A DNA stretch of 63,450 bases, filler included, from Phoronis australis (GCA_002633005.1; 4 parts of 4 records of this genome joined end to end with filler, not necessarily neighbours in it), one strand, 5' to 3'. Shown: positions 25,576-38,547, numbered from the whole stretch's first letter. Program-made: numbers and translations. The notes: generated from the letters alone by a model not told the origin.

Positions 25576-28500
25576 CCGAATCGCATGCACATTCATAGGC
25601 AGCAAATCCGTCCACGCAGACGCCGTGTGCTGTGCATGGCGAGCTCAGACACTCGTCGATGTTTATCTGACAATAGGTGCCGCTGAATCCAGTTTTGCAA
25701 ACGCAATCGAAACCGACTTCCTTTTCCCGGTCCTTGCACGTTCCACCGTTGGTGCAAGGACTGGCCAGGCACTCCGATGAGCGTCGCTGGCAATTCGCGC
25801 CCTCAAAGTTAATAGGACATTCACATCTGTAGGCGGCTACGAGATCAACACACCTGCAAGTTTAGGAGAGAAAATAAATTTCAAATTGATATTATATGGA
25901 CCTGCTTCTAGACCTAGTTTTTACAACAGGATTATAATGTATAAGCATGTAAGTGACTATGGTTCCCTAATCTATCCATTGAAAGCAAAAACTGATTACA
26001 CATACAGTTACATTACAACACAAGTACGATCCCGCGGACTTTGTGAGGACAAACACTAAACAAGTGCTGGTGGTTTCACGTTGGTTGTTTCTTACAGGAA
26101 AAGAGTACACGAATGCCTCACACACTTACGTTCCATCGTTTTGACAAGGATCGCTAAGGCACTCGTCAATATTTCGCTCACACCGGAATCCAGCAAACCC
26201 CTCATCGCATTTACAAACCACTGACTTGCCTACCGGCAGACATTCGCCCCCATTCAAACATGCCTCAGGCGAGCACCTTCCTCCATGGGACGCTGGTATA
26301 ACACAATTGACGCCACCATAACCGTTTGAACATATACACCTTAAATATACATGGATTTCATGTACACAGTAGTTTTGAAAAAAAAAATAGACATAATTCG
26401 ACAAAGCTCTGCCAGATAATGCCAAACTTGGCTCAACATCTTCCCAGGATTGCATTGCAACAAACAGCGCTTCCGTCTAATCTTTGCTTGTGTTTAATAT
26501 GGTAGTGTTGCGCATAGTCGCTATTTCCTTTACTATGCAATGTACTAGTGCAGTACACTATTGCGATTTCGACAACGTAGACGGAGCATCATCTGCCGAG
26601 ATTTTGTCGAGATTTAGCTACAACTGAAAAAGATTCTAATCGCAAATAATTAGACAGACATGTATAGTAGCAGTTTCGTGGGCCGAAACTTATTGTTGAA
26701 TTTCGACGTTGGCCGAAACTTTTTTAACAGTGATGTGGTATCATTTGTCTAAGACCGAATACCAAAATCTGACTTGGTGATAATGAATCGGTCTTTTCTA
26801 AAATTTCGTCTCCGGTCATAACTTAGTCCGGATTTTGGTATAAACTTAGACGAATTTTTTGATCTCAAATCTTAAATTAGTTTTCAAGAAACTGGCCCCT
26901 GGAGAGCATCTGAAAGACCGTCCAAAATGTGCTACGGATGATCGAGTTTGTATTGGGCGAGTTTAAATCTAATTTCCCAAACCAAAGAATCTCTTTCAGG
27001 AAATTTGATATGTAGGTCACTGAGAGCTGCGTTAGCTAGACCCAAGAAAAACTTGCGCTGTTCTTGTGCGTAGAAATACCCCTCACTGACGTGATACAAT
27101 ATATTCATATTTCAAACAACGTCACCTTCCAACCACTTCCTAAGCCTCCATTTTGATAGGGTGCCATTGGAAAGCTTCCCAACAAAATTGCAATATAATC
27201 ATATTTCTTTCGCGTGATTTTGTGAGGTCTTGCGTTATGTTGATTTTTCGGGAAATTCTTGGAGTAATATGTCAGTTCGAAGTGCAACTCATTAGGCCTA
27301 CATTCTATCCCATCGCCACCTCGGGAGAAGTTACGTCTCGTAACCTTGGGAAAGATTCTACGCTAAAGGAAACTTGCTTAGGGCAGTCGTTTGGTACTAC
27401 TGAAAAACATACTTGAAGCTCCCCTCGCTGTTAACGCAGTGTGAATTCTTGCTGCACGCCGGTGGCGACATGAGACACTCGTTAATGTCACTCTCACACT
27501 TCTGACCAGTGACACCTGGCGGACAAAGGCAAAAGTCGCCGTCTTCGTTGGAGAAGCAGCTTCCACCGTTGAAGCATTTTTTGCTGCACTCTATCGTTGA
27601 CACGGTGAAGTATGACGACGCCGTGTCAAGACCACCGCACTTCTCCAGCGTTAGTCCGGGACAAGGAATGTCGCAATTACTGTTGTGCAGCGAATGGTAA
27701 CCGATTAAATCGTCTGGCGATCTCACACAGGCACACCTTGCCCTGCAGAGCAGAAGGGAAATATTCACTCCGTTTCCTTTGGTCGCACTTAACTCACTTT
27801 TCCAGGTAAACATTGTTGAACAGTTGATAGATTTCTTATAACCACTTCCAGCTAACAAACCGTGCTTAAGGTTATCTAAGACCTTAATTAGCGACCTCAT
27901 CGAATATTGAAAAAAAAAAACTATACAAAACTATACTTTGTCAACCATTCAAAGTATATACTGTATTTTCTGAAAGGAGAAAGATCAAGGAGTTTAAATA
28001 TGATTCTCGATGTGTCTTTATTGTTGTCACGTGACCACGTATTTAAATCAACTTTTTAAGTGCAAGAAAGGTACATTCACAGCAATAAAACCCCAACCGA
28101 TTTTACTAAAACTTTCTTAAATGAAAACGATGTCAAGAATTTTTGATTATTCACTAAGTGCGGGTTTTATGCCAAATAAACTCGCAAAAACACAATGCAT
28201 GTTTTTGTAAAAAACAGCAGTCTTAGTCTAGTAAGAAGCATATTTTTAGAATCCTCGGTTTTCCTTTCAGAAAGTATGCACTTTAAATGGTTCACAAAGC
28301 ATAGTTTTTCGATATTTTAGTTAGAATTGAGGTTGTTTGTGAAGGCCCTAGATAACTCTAAGCCGGCCGACACGGCTGAATCAGTGTGCGGCCACGGGAG
28401 ATAGCATTAAGTGAAACTGTAATGGTGAGTGTGGACTTGAAAGCATTGCCAATTTATCTGTAACATCGCAGTCAACCGCGATCCGAATAAAACGAATTTC

Positions 28501-29431
28501 AGACAGCCGGTTTCTTTTAAATAACTGGAGAATAAGGTGAGGGTTGTTGATTGATCAGCATCACAGGCATGGTAATCTATCACTGAGAGGTCTGCACCAT
28601 AGCAACATGGTCGTTTACATCTTACCCTTCCCATAAAATAAACATTTGGTACTCCATGCAAAATCCAGCACATTTTCCAGGGTCTAAGTTATGCATGCGA
28701 GTTTGCTTGTGATACGGCTTCGTTTTAAACGCTGGATGTTTTAAGTACAAGCACCGATAGTACAAGACTGTCAGGTCGTCTCCGTAGATTTCTTGCAATT
28801 TTTCCACAGACTCTATATAGAGAGAATGATATACATTAGTTATGAAACGCGGATCCATCCAGGGGCGTGAAATATTTCACGCCAGAGCACATAATTGGTT
28901 GAGGACACAACGGTGGGGTCTATGTACAATGTTACTACACATGCACATGTACAGGTAGGCCTACACTCTCTCAAACTTGCGGTAATTCCATGACGAAGCC
29001 GTTCCTGATAAAATAGAATACCAGTTTACTTGGCACCAACAAGTGACTTACGTCCCTTTAAATACTCAACTGGAACTAGTAGGGCATCAGAATTTCAAGA
29101 AAAACACCAACATGGGCGGCGCACCAAAGGGGCTGGGGGGGGGATTTTATAGCTCCCCACTTTTTTCTGTGCTGCGCCGCCCATGACCAAGACGGCGCAA
29201 TTTGAAATGACAATGCACATTTCATTAAAACAATCCTGTACAATTCAGCCAACAACACCCAGCATCCACATGCTAATGAAATTAGATGAACACCGAATTT
29301 AACCCATTTGTCGTTGAAACTTCGAAACCATTGTTTTGTTCAAAAAATCAAAGGGTCACACTAACCTTGTTGCTCTGTAGTAGTCGAAACGCTTTGCGGT
29401 AGAGCATGTTGACGGACTCTATGCAGCTCGC
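25576..29431 (-). CDS. Spliced WSC-domain + EGF-repeat (fibropellin/Notch-like EGF) protein, partial model
   Basis: GT-AG exons with matching phases: 29431-29366 (tentative), 28812-28626, 27742-27413, 26339-26130, 25853-25576. The junctions read WEG|ARCAC, GSFK|CIC and NDGT|CVD. WSC pattern YRC...KCAGFC...G.RCAC...CDIPCPG...CGG...Y is followed by about six EGF repeats, several of them Ca-binding (DINEC, NIDEC). The 5' and 3' ends are not resolved. Confidence 0.85.
27870..28358. mobile_element. Intronic MITE with long inverted repeats (TTAA-type, Kolobok-like)
   Basis: TTAA|GGTTATCTAAGACCTT ... AAGGCCCTAGATAACTC; an internal IR AAAACTATACTTTGTCAACCATTCAAAGT...TTTCTGAAAGG matches the reverse complement of about 28262-28309. 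Confidence 0.7.
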
Positions 29432-29842
29432 CTAAAAACAAAATACACAACGTAAATGTCGAGCTACCCATTCTCATTGCAAAAGATCACGTCGGAAGAC
29501 ATAATTGATTATTTCACTAACGTCATGCCTCGATGTTGTGTAAACGATATGTCGCTATGTCAAATACGCGACAGCTGAAGTGCAGCCCGAATGTCGAATT
29601 TACGTCAAAAATTCACAACGCTTTAGAATTTGTATTTATCGTTTGATGTTAAGTTTGTTACTGATGTTAAAGTTTACTGCAAAAATCATGATACGTTTAT
29701 CAACAACTTAATCCATTTAAGTGAAGACGCTAAGGTAAGTGCTTTTGATCGTCAAACTCTGGTACCTGCAATTTAAGAAATGTATACAAGACTTGTGTTG
29801 AGATGATTGTAATATGACTTCTCTTTTGGCAGTACTCGAAAG

Positions 29843-32800
29843 ATGAAAAAAATTGGACGAACAAGTTTCACAGCTTTGATAATACTCGTGTCCTTAGCGA
29901 GTACCAACGGCACTGTTCCACAAGTGAACGAATCACTGAGCACTATTCTAATCTTTCACAACTCTTTGAACAGTTTAATAAAGAACAGTTCATTAGAGAC
30001 TCGAGATTATAAGAAGAAAGAGGAACCAGTTGAAGATGAAGTCGCTGTAAAATTTGGGCAGGAATCGCAAGAAGACATTCAAATTTTAAAGACAGAGATG
30101 TTGCCAAATTTTGTAAAACCTCTGCAGAGGAAACAAGTTGCAGACATGTTTGGAAGCAAGAACCAACATGTTTGGGTGTCCGAACAAAAGATTGGACAAG
30201 AGTACGAGGACTTTGTGTCTGGAATTCCAGATGAAGAATTCAACATTAGTTCTGCGGGAGTATCACCAAATGTCACAACGATGCAATTCCCAAATGTCAC
30301 TACAAACAAATTGGCCCCGACGAGATTAGAAAATGGTACGTTTGATTTTATGACTGCAATTTATTGTTAAGGAAAGCCTTGAGAACAGGTTTTTAAAAAT
30401 TGTTCACTATTTCCACTAATTAGTGTAAAGATTTGTTATTGGACTTTCCAACTGTAAATGTTGGTTGCCGATCCATATAATAGTATATTCACGAGGTGTT
30501 CAAAGTTAGGAGTTGCCTGCGTGCTCGCGATTTACAGTGAAAAGGACAGCATTAGCTCACAGATTAAATCTTTAGCAAATCTCTGCCAATATTAACATTG
30601 TTATTAAAATCAGAAATAAGCCCGCCTTCCTTCGTAGACATTAAATTTTGATTTAAATTACTTCTAAATGTGTTCTCAACCTTTCCCTTACTCAGATGAG
30701 CAGCATTTTTTGTTCATGCAAAAAACTAACAGTTCGTTCCTCGAGACGTTGCGTGGGGAACGAAATGACACTCCGAGACAAGTCAGCAGTCTAGTCCAAC
30801 AATTACGGACTTTCAGTTTTTTCCATGCCCGGAAAGCACAACTGTTTCCACCACGGAACAATTTGAGACCAATTTCACAAGAGTAAATGGTCTAAATCCA
30901 AATGATTTCTTGTTACCGAAGGTAAGCTTATAAGCGACAGGTACACTGAAAACCAAAACATCCCTACATGGTCTAAACGTAAAAACGGATGGACTGATTT
31001 TAGAGAATCGAAATTCCAATAAAGCGGACAGCTTTGGTCTAAAGAATAAAAGCACGGGAAGTTACGAAAAGCGGAGCTTGGGAGTGTGGGAGGTTGACGA
31101 GCTGGCCGTTGCCTGGCCTCTCTCCGTAGCAAAGTGCATAGCAAGCCCGTCTCGCTACTGGGTTGGATTGATGCGTCGACGGAGAGGTAGGTCTTTTAAT
31201 CGCAATGACATATCAGTCGTGTGCTGGGACGGCGTCATTTAACAGTTCACATAGTCGGTTTCGTCGACTACTCTGTTTCCAGTAAATTACGCACTTTTTC
31301 TTCGATTGGTCGTATCTGCTTCACGCTTCCCATTTGCTATACACTTTCCCTATAGCTTCCTGAACTTTATCATGCTCCTACAGCGTCAAACACGTAAGCA
31401 TACCATTTCTGCATGGGTGTAAAAACTATTGACCATTTTACGGATGGCCAAAGGTTTCATACATGAAAACACATGGGATTGTGAAATATAGGTCGTCTAC
31501 AGCAACGACGCCAGAAAACTTAGACAAACGACCTGGAGCAATCACTTTAGCGGCATTTCAAATTGTCGGAAGTTCACTTGGTAGGAGGTACACGTAGGAC
31601 CTGTTCCAACTTACGAAACATGCGACCATCCACATGACTGTCCCTGGACTCTTGATTAGATAACTGATATCGTACAGATCTATGTTCTGGAATGCGCACG
31701 CGTAAATTTTTGTTATCTGTAAAATGGCCAATGAGGTTGAGTATCCACTAGGACCGACTACAATTCCGACTACGACCTTTACATGACATTTGTGCACACA
31801 CACCAGGGAATGTGTACGAGATATATATGTTGCTTTTCGTTAACTTGCCTTTGCGCGATATTAAGGGTTCCTCTCACTTGTCCTGATGTTCAAACATCGC
31901 TTTAACATTCTTTCTTTACAGCAACGCTAGAGGACCTCTCTTGCAATCAAGTCCCCGTTGATTTCCAGGGTCACTGGGACCTCCTGTACACCGACTTCCG
32001 GTCCTTTATCATCAGTAACAAAGCTATCGTGGCAAAAGGAGCGAAGATCTACAAAGACCACTTCAGTAGGTTCTGCTTACATATGAATTTACTAAAGAGT
32101 GCAAGATACAATTATTTAAATCGTCTTTCCCTCATGGTTCAGAAATCGCCTTCAACCGCCTCGGCCAAAAAGTTTGTAAATGGCTGAACATCAAAATGTT
32201 TATTTATATTAAACATTGTTCAAAGGACAAGACGTCCTGCAATTCTCAGATCTATTACAAGACCATCAAACACGCACGCGCGCACACACGGGCGCTTGCA
32301 CACACACACACACACGCACACACACACACNNNNNNNNNNNNNNNNNNNNNNNNNNNNNNNNNNNNNNNNNNNNNNNNNNNNNNNNNNNNNNNNNNNNNNN
32401 NNNNNNNNNNNNNNNNNNNNNNNNNNNNNNNNNNNNNNNNNNNNNNNNNNNNNNNNNNNNNNNNNNNNNNNNNNNNNNNNNNNNNNNNNNNNNNNNNNNN
32501 NNNNNNNNNNNNNNNNNNNNNNNNNNNNNNNNNNNNNNNNNNNNNNNNNNNNNNNNNNNNNNNNNNNNNNNNNNNNNNNNNNNNNNNNNNNNNNNNNNNN
32601 NNNNNNNNNNNNNNNNNNNNNNNNNNNNNNNNNNNNNNNNNNNNNNNNNNNNNNNNNNNNNNNNNNNNNNNNNNNNNNNNNNNNNNNNNNNNNNNNNNNN
32701 NNNNNNNNNNNNNNNNNNNNNNNNNNNNNNNNNNNNNNNNNNNNNNNNNNNNNNNNNNNNNNNNNNNNNNNNNNNNNNNNNNNNNNNNNNNNNNNNNNNN

Positions 32801-35800
32801 NNNNNNNNNNNNNNNNNNNNNNNNNNNNNNNNNNNNNNNNNNNNNNNNNNNNNNNNNNNNNNNNNNNNNNNNNNNNNNNNNNNNNNNNNNNNNNNNNNNN
32901 NNNNNNNNNNNNNNNNNNNNNNNNNNNNNNNNNNNNNNNNNNNNNNNNNNNNNNNNNNNNNNNNNNNNNNNNNNNNNNNNNNNNNNNNNNNNNNNNNNNN
33001 NNNNNNNNNNNNNNNNNNNNNNNNNNNNGCGTCTGATAAATTGCCTTCACTTCCCTGCTTCCCTTTCTTGTCGAGTTGACTCATGAAGTGTCGTGAAATT
33101 CCACAACATTTTCTGGCGGTTCTACTGTAGGTGAGCCGCACGAGATGGCCTTGCCTCCTGGTGGCCGCACACGCAGGTTTTAGTGATCCTGTATGTATTA
33201 GAAAAGATCAAAAGGGCATAGCTGGTCCTGGGCCCGGTCTCAAATCTTTTTACTCGAAATGGAACTCGAAATTATGTTTGGCATTTTCTACTCTACTTTT
33301 GGGCGAACTCATGATTAGTGTCTATTATTCTATGCTCGAGTACACAATAACTTACGTGGATAATTTATTGCCCTTAGTTCACAGTTTGTAAACCCAATAT
33401 TAAAGCAATAAGTTCCAGTTTTAACTCGAAATTTCGAGTTTTTACTCGACTTTGTAGCAAGAATATAAGGGTCTTCAAGGGCAAAATTGAACTAGAAACT
33501 CCTATGCATAAACTATAATGTATTCGAGCACAGTCTGATAACCAATTATCTTACGTTCGCACAAAAGGAGCAGAGAAATTGTCAAAAATAGTTTCGAGTT
33601 CGTTTCGAGTACAAAGATTAGAGACTGGGCCCTGGTCTGTAAGCGAAGGTGTGAAAATGAGTTGCGTTAGAGTCTAGAATCAACTATACGTGAGGGGCTA
33701 GATTTACCATAGAAATGGTACGGGTACATTGACCTGAATATAGCGCTAAGTCAATTACAGCAAAATGAGTTTGTAGAAATAAAAATACGTGTACACGTCA
33801 TTTTTCAGGAACTTTAGACACGTCGATTCCGTTCTACAAAGTGTTTTGTCCAAGTAAAGATACAATAGAAATGCTGTTCGATTTACACATGCCGAGGTGA
33901 GTATTGAAGTAGGGCTCTACTTTGCGGGTGGAGACAGAGTGGGAAACCAAGACAGCCCTTATATCTGCCCTCAAGTTAACGTGGATAGCAAAAACTGACG
34001 CATGCGCATCGCAGAGTGTCGATTAAGTTACGGGACGTAAATTAGTCAATCCCGCAAGGCAAACTTACTGTAGCAGTTTGACGTAGGCCATGGGCGTCGC
34101 ACCATATAGGGCTGCATCGCCTGTGGTCTATGCAACTTACAGAGACGTTCTCAACGTTGCTGTTACTACAGCCTCCACAAGCGCACCTTTTCATGTCTCA
34201 GAAAGGCAGAGTTTCCCCACAACTCATCAGTATCGCACTGATGAAAACAACAAAGGCGGAGACCCATTACGTACAGGTACAACCCCGATAACAGAAAAAT
34301 AATATTTTAAAATTTTTGGCTTGTTTCTTAGCAGCAGGTATACTAAAGGGTATTAAATCTCTATTAGTAAAATTATTTTTGAGACACAGGGTCATGGTGG
34401 GAAGTCTTTAAAGTCCTTCTCTCAAACTGCCCATGTGGTTCCAGTATCCGAAAATACTTACTACATAAATTCTTATTTTCGACACCCTTCTTTTATATTC
34501 TTTTCGCCTTTCTTGCCAAAAGCGATTTTTAACAGTATTTGACCCTTCTCTCTGAGCGTATGATTACAGGTTGTCATAGATTATTTCCGTACCCACATTT
34601 CCGGCTCATCAGTTCAGGAACTTGTCGTGAACGCCGCCATTTTTTCCTTGTAACTGAATGTGCTATGGCTTGCTCGAAAAGTCTTCATTATTTTGTTTTA
34701 TTAGTAATATATCGAATTTCGTTTGCATATGTATTGTATTTATAGTTTGTAGTTAGTGGTCGTTGATTTTTTTGGAATGTTACTTAGTATGTTAAACATT
34801 GGTGTTTAGTTCCTTACGTAGGCGGGTCGAACCTAGGAACCAATATGGGTCGAACCAATTTTTGTCGGTTTTATTTTTTTCCTCGTTTTGAAAAAGTACT
34901 TTGCTATCATCGGAAAGGTAGTACATTCTACTCAGTAAAAATCGAAAAAGTATCAAAATCGTGGCAATCAGTGTAACGTTATTGCAAGTTTCGTGGCGAA
35001 ATTTGGTCACTTTGTTTGGATCGCGTCGGCCATATTGGAGGACAGGGGGATAAGTTTCGAGTTTAAAACTTTGTGTAAATTGTTTTCGCCAACAAATTAC
35101 GGTGAAATTTAGTTAGACATATCTTTACTTACTATTCTGCACGATTTTGCAGTGTTCACCAAATTTCAGCCTCGCAGTTGTTACTCATTTATTTAGTGAT
35201 AAATGTGCTCACAATTCCCGTTGGACTCATTTCTGGCGGCACCGACAATGGCGGCTTTTGCTGAACTGAAAGGCATGTTCAATCGGCTACTTTGTAATTT
35301 GTGAAGATTTAACGTTGATACATTTTGACAAACGTTGCTACAAAAAAGAAACCTTGTTTAATTTTCGTGTTTTTTGTGTTTGTGGCCAGCGACCAGTTAC
35401 ATGTAGGCCTAAGGGTAGCCTTGGCGCAAAGCTGTCAAGGCCTACTAACCAGCTGTATTTTGACTATAGTCTTCACTGGTAGCTGGTGACTGAGGCTAAC
35501 TAAGGTCTGCCGCGGCAGTGTGACACAGGACTAATCAGCCCGTAATTTCATGCAAGTGTCTGAAACTACCCTTGAATATATGCAGCATTCATCATTTGAC
35601 CATTTTACTTCGACAAAACAGCTTGCAACCGCATGCATTTACCGTTCGCCAGTGTCTGGTCTCGATCCGCACCGGGTCCGATAGGCTGCGGTCCCGAGTC
35701 TGGCAAAATAATTTCTGTCAAAATTTATTCGCCACATTTCTTAAGCAAATTCCATAAAATTGTCCGTAGTTTGATTTTATCAAAATTAAGGCGCGCTGTC

Positions 35801-38547
35801 GATTNAACTGTGAACTAAGGGCAATAAATTATCTACGTAAGTTATTGTGTACTCGAGCATAGAATAATAGACACTTATCTTGAGTTCGCCCAAAAGTAGA
35901 GTAGAAAATGCCAAACCTAATTTCGAGTTCCATTTCGAGTAAAAAGATTGGAGACCAGGGCCCGGTGTGCTGGACTTAGTCAGAGAAAAATCTATGCGAA
36001 CCAAATATGATTTTGCATCAGCTAAATTCATGATTTTGTGTTCCCGTACTGAAAATTGTTGACTTCACTTTTTGACACACCTAAAGTGGTCGTTTTCAAG
36101 CAAAGCAAAAGCTTGAGAATGACAACCTGCGGAAACAAACGTCAAGGTAAATATTTGTACTAACTCGTGTAACTCAACTGAAACATACTTTGTTCTTTCG
36201 TCTCCAGAAAAGACAAAGACGGGACAAAAGGCCGCTTCCAGTGCATCACAATGACACGACGAAAAGCTAATGCTGAAGGCATGTCTGCCCGAATTGTTGA
36301 GTCAGGTAAATTTCCCGGGTAGTCGCGATTGTCAGAGATAGGCCCGGTACATTTACATTGTATGCATCTTTGTATTAAAATAGGCTCAAGGCCCGCGCAC
36401 ACGATTATATAACACAACAATCCATGTTTCTAATTCTCTAAAAGTATTCCATCTTCTGCTGCTAACAAGCGTGACGCTTAAAAGTTACGTCACGATTCAC
36501 GCAGCTTAATACTTTGGAAATTGTTCAGACAACCATAAAGAAAACACTGAACGTCGTGTTTAACTTCGAATAAAGTGCGAGCTACACATCATATTTAGAG
36601 AACACAATAGTCAAATAAAATGATCGATTTGAAATGAAATGAGCAAGACTTGTGAAAATTTGATACTTTTAGTAAAAGAAACGAATTGTCCTAATCACAT
36701 ACTAAAGATTTATGTGCATAAAACAATTCAAAGAGGGAAAGCATGTGTTATAAAACAATGACACCTTTCTTATAAGTTATATTTAAAGGATTCCAACCCT
36801 GTTTTGGCGATTTCATCCCTTCCTCTTTTTGTCAGCCTGCTAATGCATCGTTTTGCATTTGAGAGGCGAAACCTTGATTTGTCTAAAGGCAAATACTCGT
36901 GTTACAGAATGGCTTTTGTGCTTCTTTATACGTGGTCTTCCCCTGCATTTCTCGTGTAACACGTTTAAAAAGCGTAGGTCACACTTGCCCATTTAGCTGA
37001 TTTTATAAGGAGTTTCATATTTCGTTCCAATGGGGTTGGACCGGGGTTACGGAGCATTGGTTTGTTCCACAGAGCAAGACGGGACAGTGCTTGCTTTGTT
37101 GATAGGCCGACGCTGGGTTTGTTTTCCTTTTAAAATGTAATTTTAAAGTTATATGACTATTCCCTTGAAAACAACCCGTTTGACGCAATGGCGACTGAGG
37201 GTCAATATTTAGATTTAATCTTGCTATTTTCTTAAAAACTGAGACGCAAGATGAAGGAAGTAAACACTTGTTTTTCCGTTGTAATGTGTTATTTTTGACC
37301 TAATAAACCTCGTCATTGTTAACTGATCACTACATCTTTACAGTTGCACCCGTGGCGGAAAAGAACTTCATCGACTGCTTCGGGAGAACTTCTGCCGACA
37401 GAGTTTTATTCAATGTGCGCCGTAAGTGACACGAGATTTTGAATTCGCGAGACAAGGCGCCGTTCTTGCGCATGAATGTGCGTACATTGTAGCTGCAAAG
37501 ATAGAAGAAGAATAGTTCTCAAAGCTTCAAAACAATCGCCTAAGCTAATGTTAACTCTTTGGCTTGTAGCATATTCACCAACACCATTTCCAATTTTTGT
37601 AGGACATCCGCCTAACGAACCAATGTATGGCAGCAAAATAATTCGAACGAATATCCCAGACAAGTCTCAGGGCACCGAGTGCTCGTTTATACCAAAGGCC
37701 TTCCTCGGCGTGTACAAATATGTGGCGAAGGAAACCGGTGAAAAACACCTTGTGCGTTTCAAACCAGAAGGATATGCAGCTTACGGCAACGGCTTCGCAA
37801 ACGGGTGGTGTACGTAGACGTGGTTTCTTACATCAGTTCATCGTTGCTGTTTCCTCTGGAGGCATCTGCGTATTCTTGTTACTAACCATCATCACGGTTG
37901 TATTTCTAAATGACCTATTGCCAGGATTTTGAGTGGCGGCTTAACCGACCAATTAGAACGCAACATTCTTGATACACCTTTGTTTCCAAGCCGCCATTTA
38001 TTACCCGACAAACAACACGTTACCTGGCGTTCAGTGACGCTAGGACCTACGTAATTTCTCACGTAACACCGCGAAGTCTTGCTTTTTAGCGAGGTCCCAG
38101 CGTTACTGAACGAGAGGCTAGTAAAACTTATTGTTTGTTTATTGACATTTAGCAAAGGGGCGGAGCGTGCGATACACTGTAGGTCAATTGAATACACGGT
38201 ACCATTTGCGGTTTGGAAAGGAAAGATAATAATATTTCATTCACATATCTTGCTATTTTACGAAGCTGTTTCGTGGCTTTCTTTCAAGCTTTAATTTTAA
38301 ATAGGGGCACGTAATTTATGATTTATTTACTCAGCACTGACTATTGCAGCCTTTAATGTATAAAAATTGCATTTTATCGTTGAAGACGTCGCCAACACTA
38401 TGGTTGCTTATAAGCAAATGTACTGTTTGCCTAAGTACGATGGAGTTCGCATCTACGCAGAGCTAGTCAAGGACAAACAATATCAGTGCTTAACACTACA
38501 ACACAGCAAAGATAGCTCGAAGATCTTTGGAGCCGTGGTCGTCGCTA
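29843..38547 (+). CDS. Spliced secreted protein of unknown family: signal peptide, acidic/N-glycosylated stalk and two internal Cys-containing repeats (partial, 3' end not found)
   Basis: Phase-compatible GT-AG exons: 29843-30335, 31922-32065, 33809-33896, 36208-36305, 37344-37421, 37603-37809, 38386-38547; an upstream non-coding exon has a donor at 29735. Signal peptide MKKIGRTSFTALIILVSLAST. Repeat motifs: CNQVPVDFQGHW / CSFIPKAFLGVY, YKVFC / YKQMYC and FQCITM / YQCLTL. Confidence 0.72.
32270..32329. repeat. (CA)n/(CG) microsatellite at the gap edge
   Basis: CACG/CA run immediately before the N gap at 32330-33028. Confidence 0.9.
33231..33631. mobile_element. Harbinger-type MITE (~400 bp)
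   Basis: CTG|GGCCCGGTCTC...GAGACTGGGCC|CTG: 3-bp CWG TSD, long imperfect inverted repeats and many ACTCGA/TCGAGT motifs. Confidence 0.85.
35806..35963 (-). mobile_element. Partial inverted copy of the 33231-33631 MITE
   Basis: Near-identical reverse complement of 33231-33387 (both copies translate to SFYSKWNSKL...LLPLVHS); truncated at the N at 35805. Confidence 0.85.
36787..37129. mobile_element. Probable Kolobok-like non-autonomous element
   Basis: TTAA|AGGATTCCAACCC...GGGTTTGTTTTCCT(T)|TTAA. The left ~60 bp resemble 17357-17420 (AGGATACTAAACCCTGTTTTGG.GATTTCA...CCTGCTAATGC). Confidence 0.45.

Noticed and set aside
32196-33141. Long ORFs of 246-296 aa
   Set aside because: They consist almost entirely of X from the N gap.
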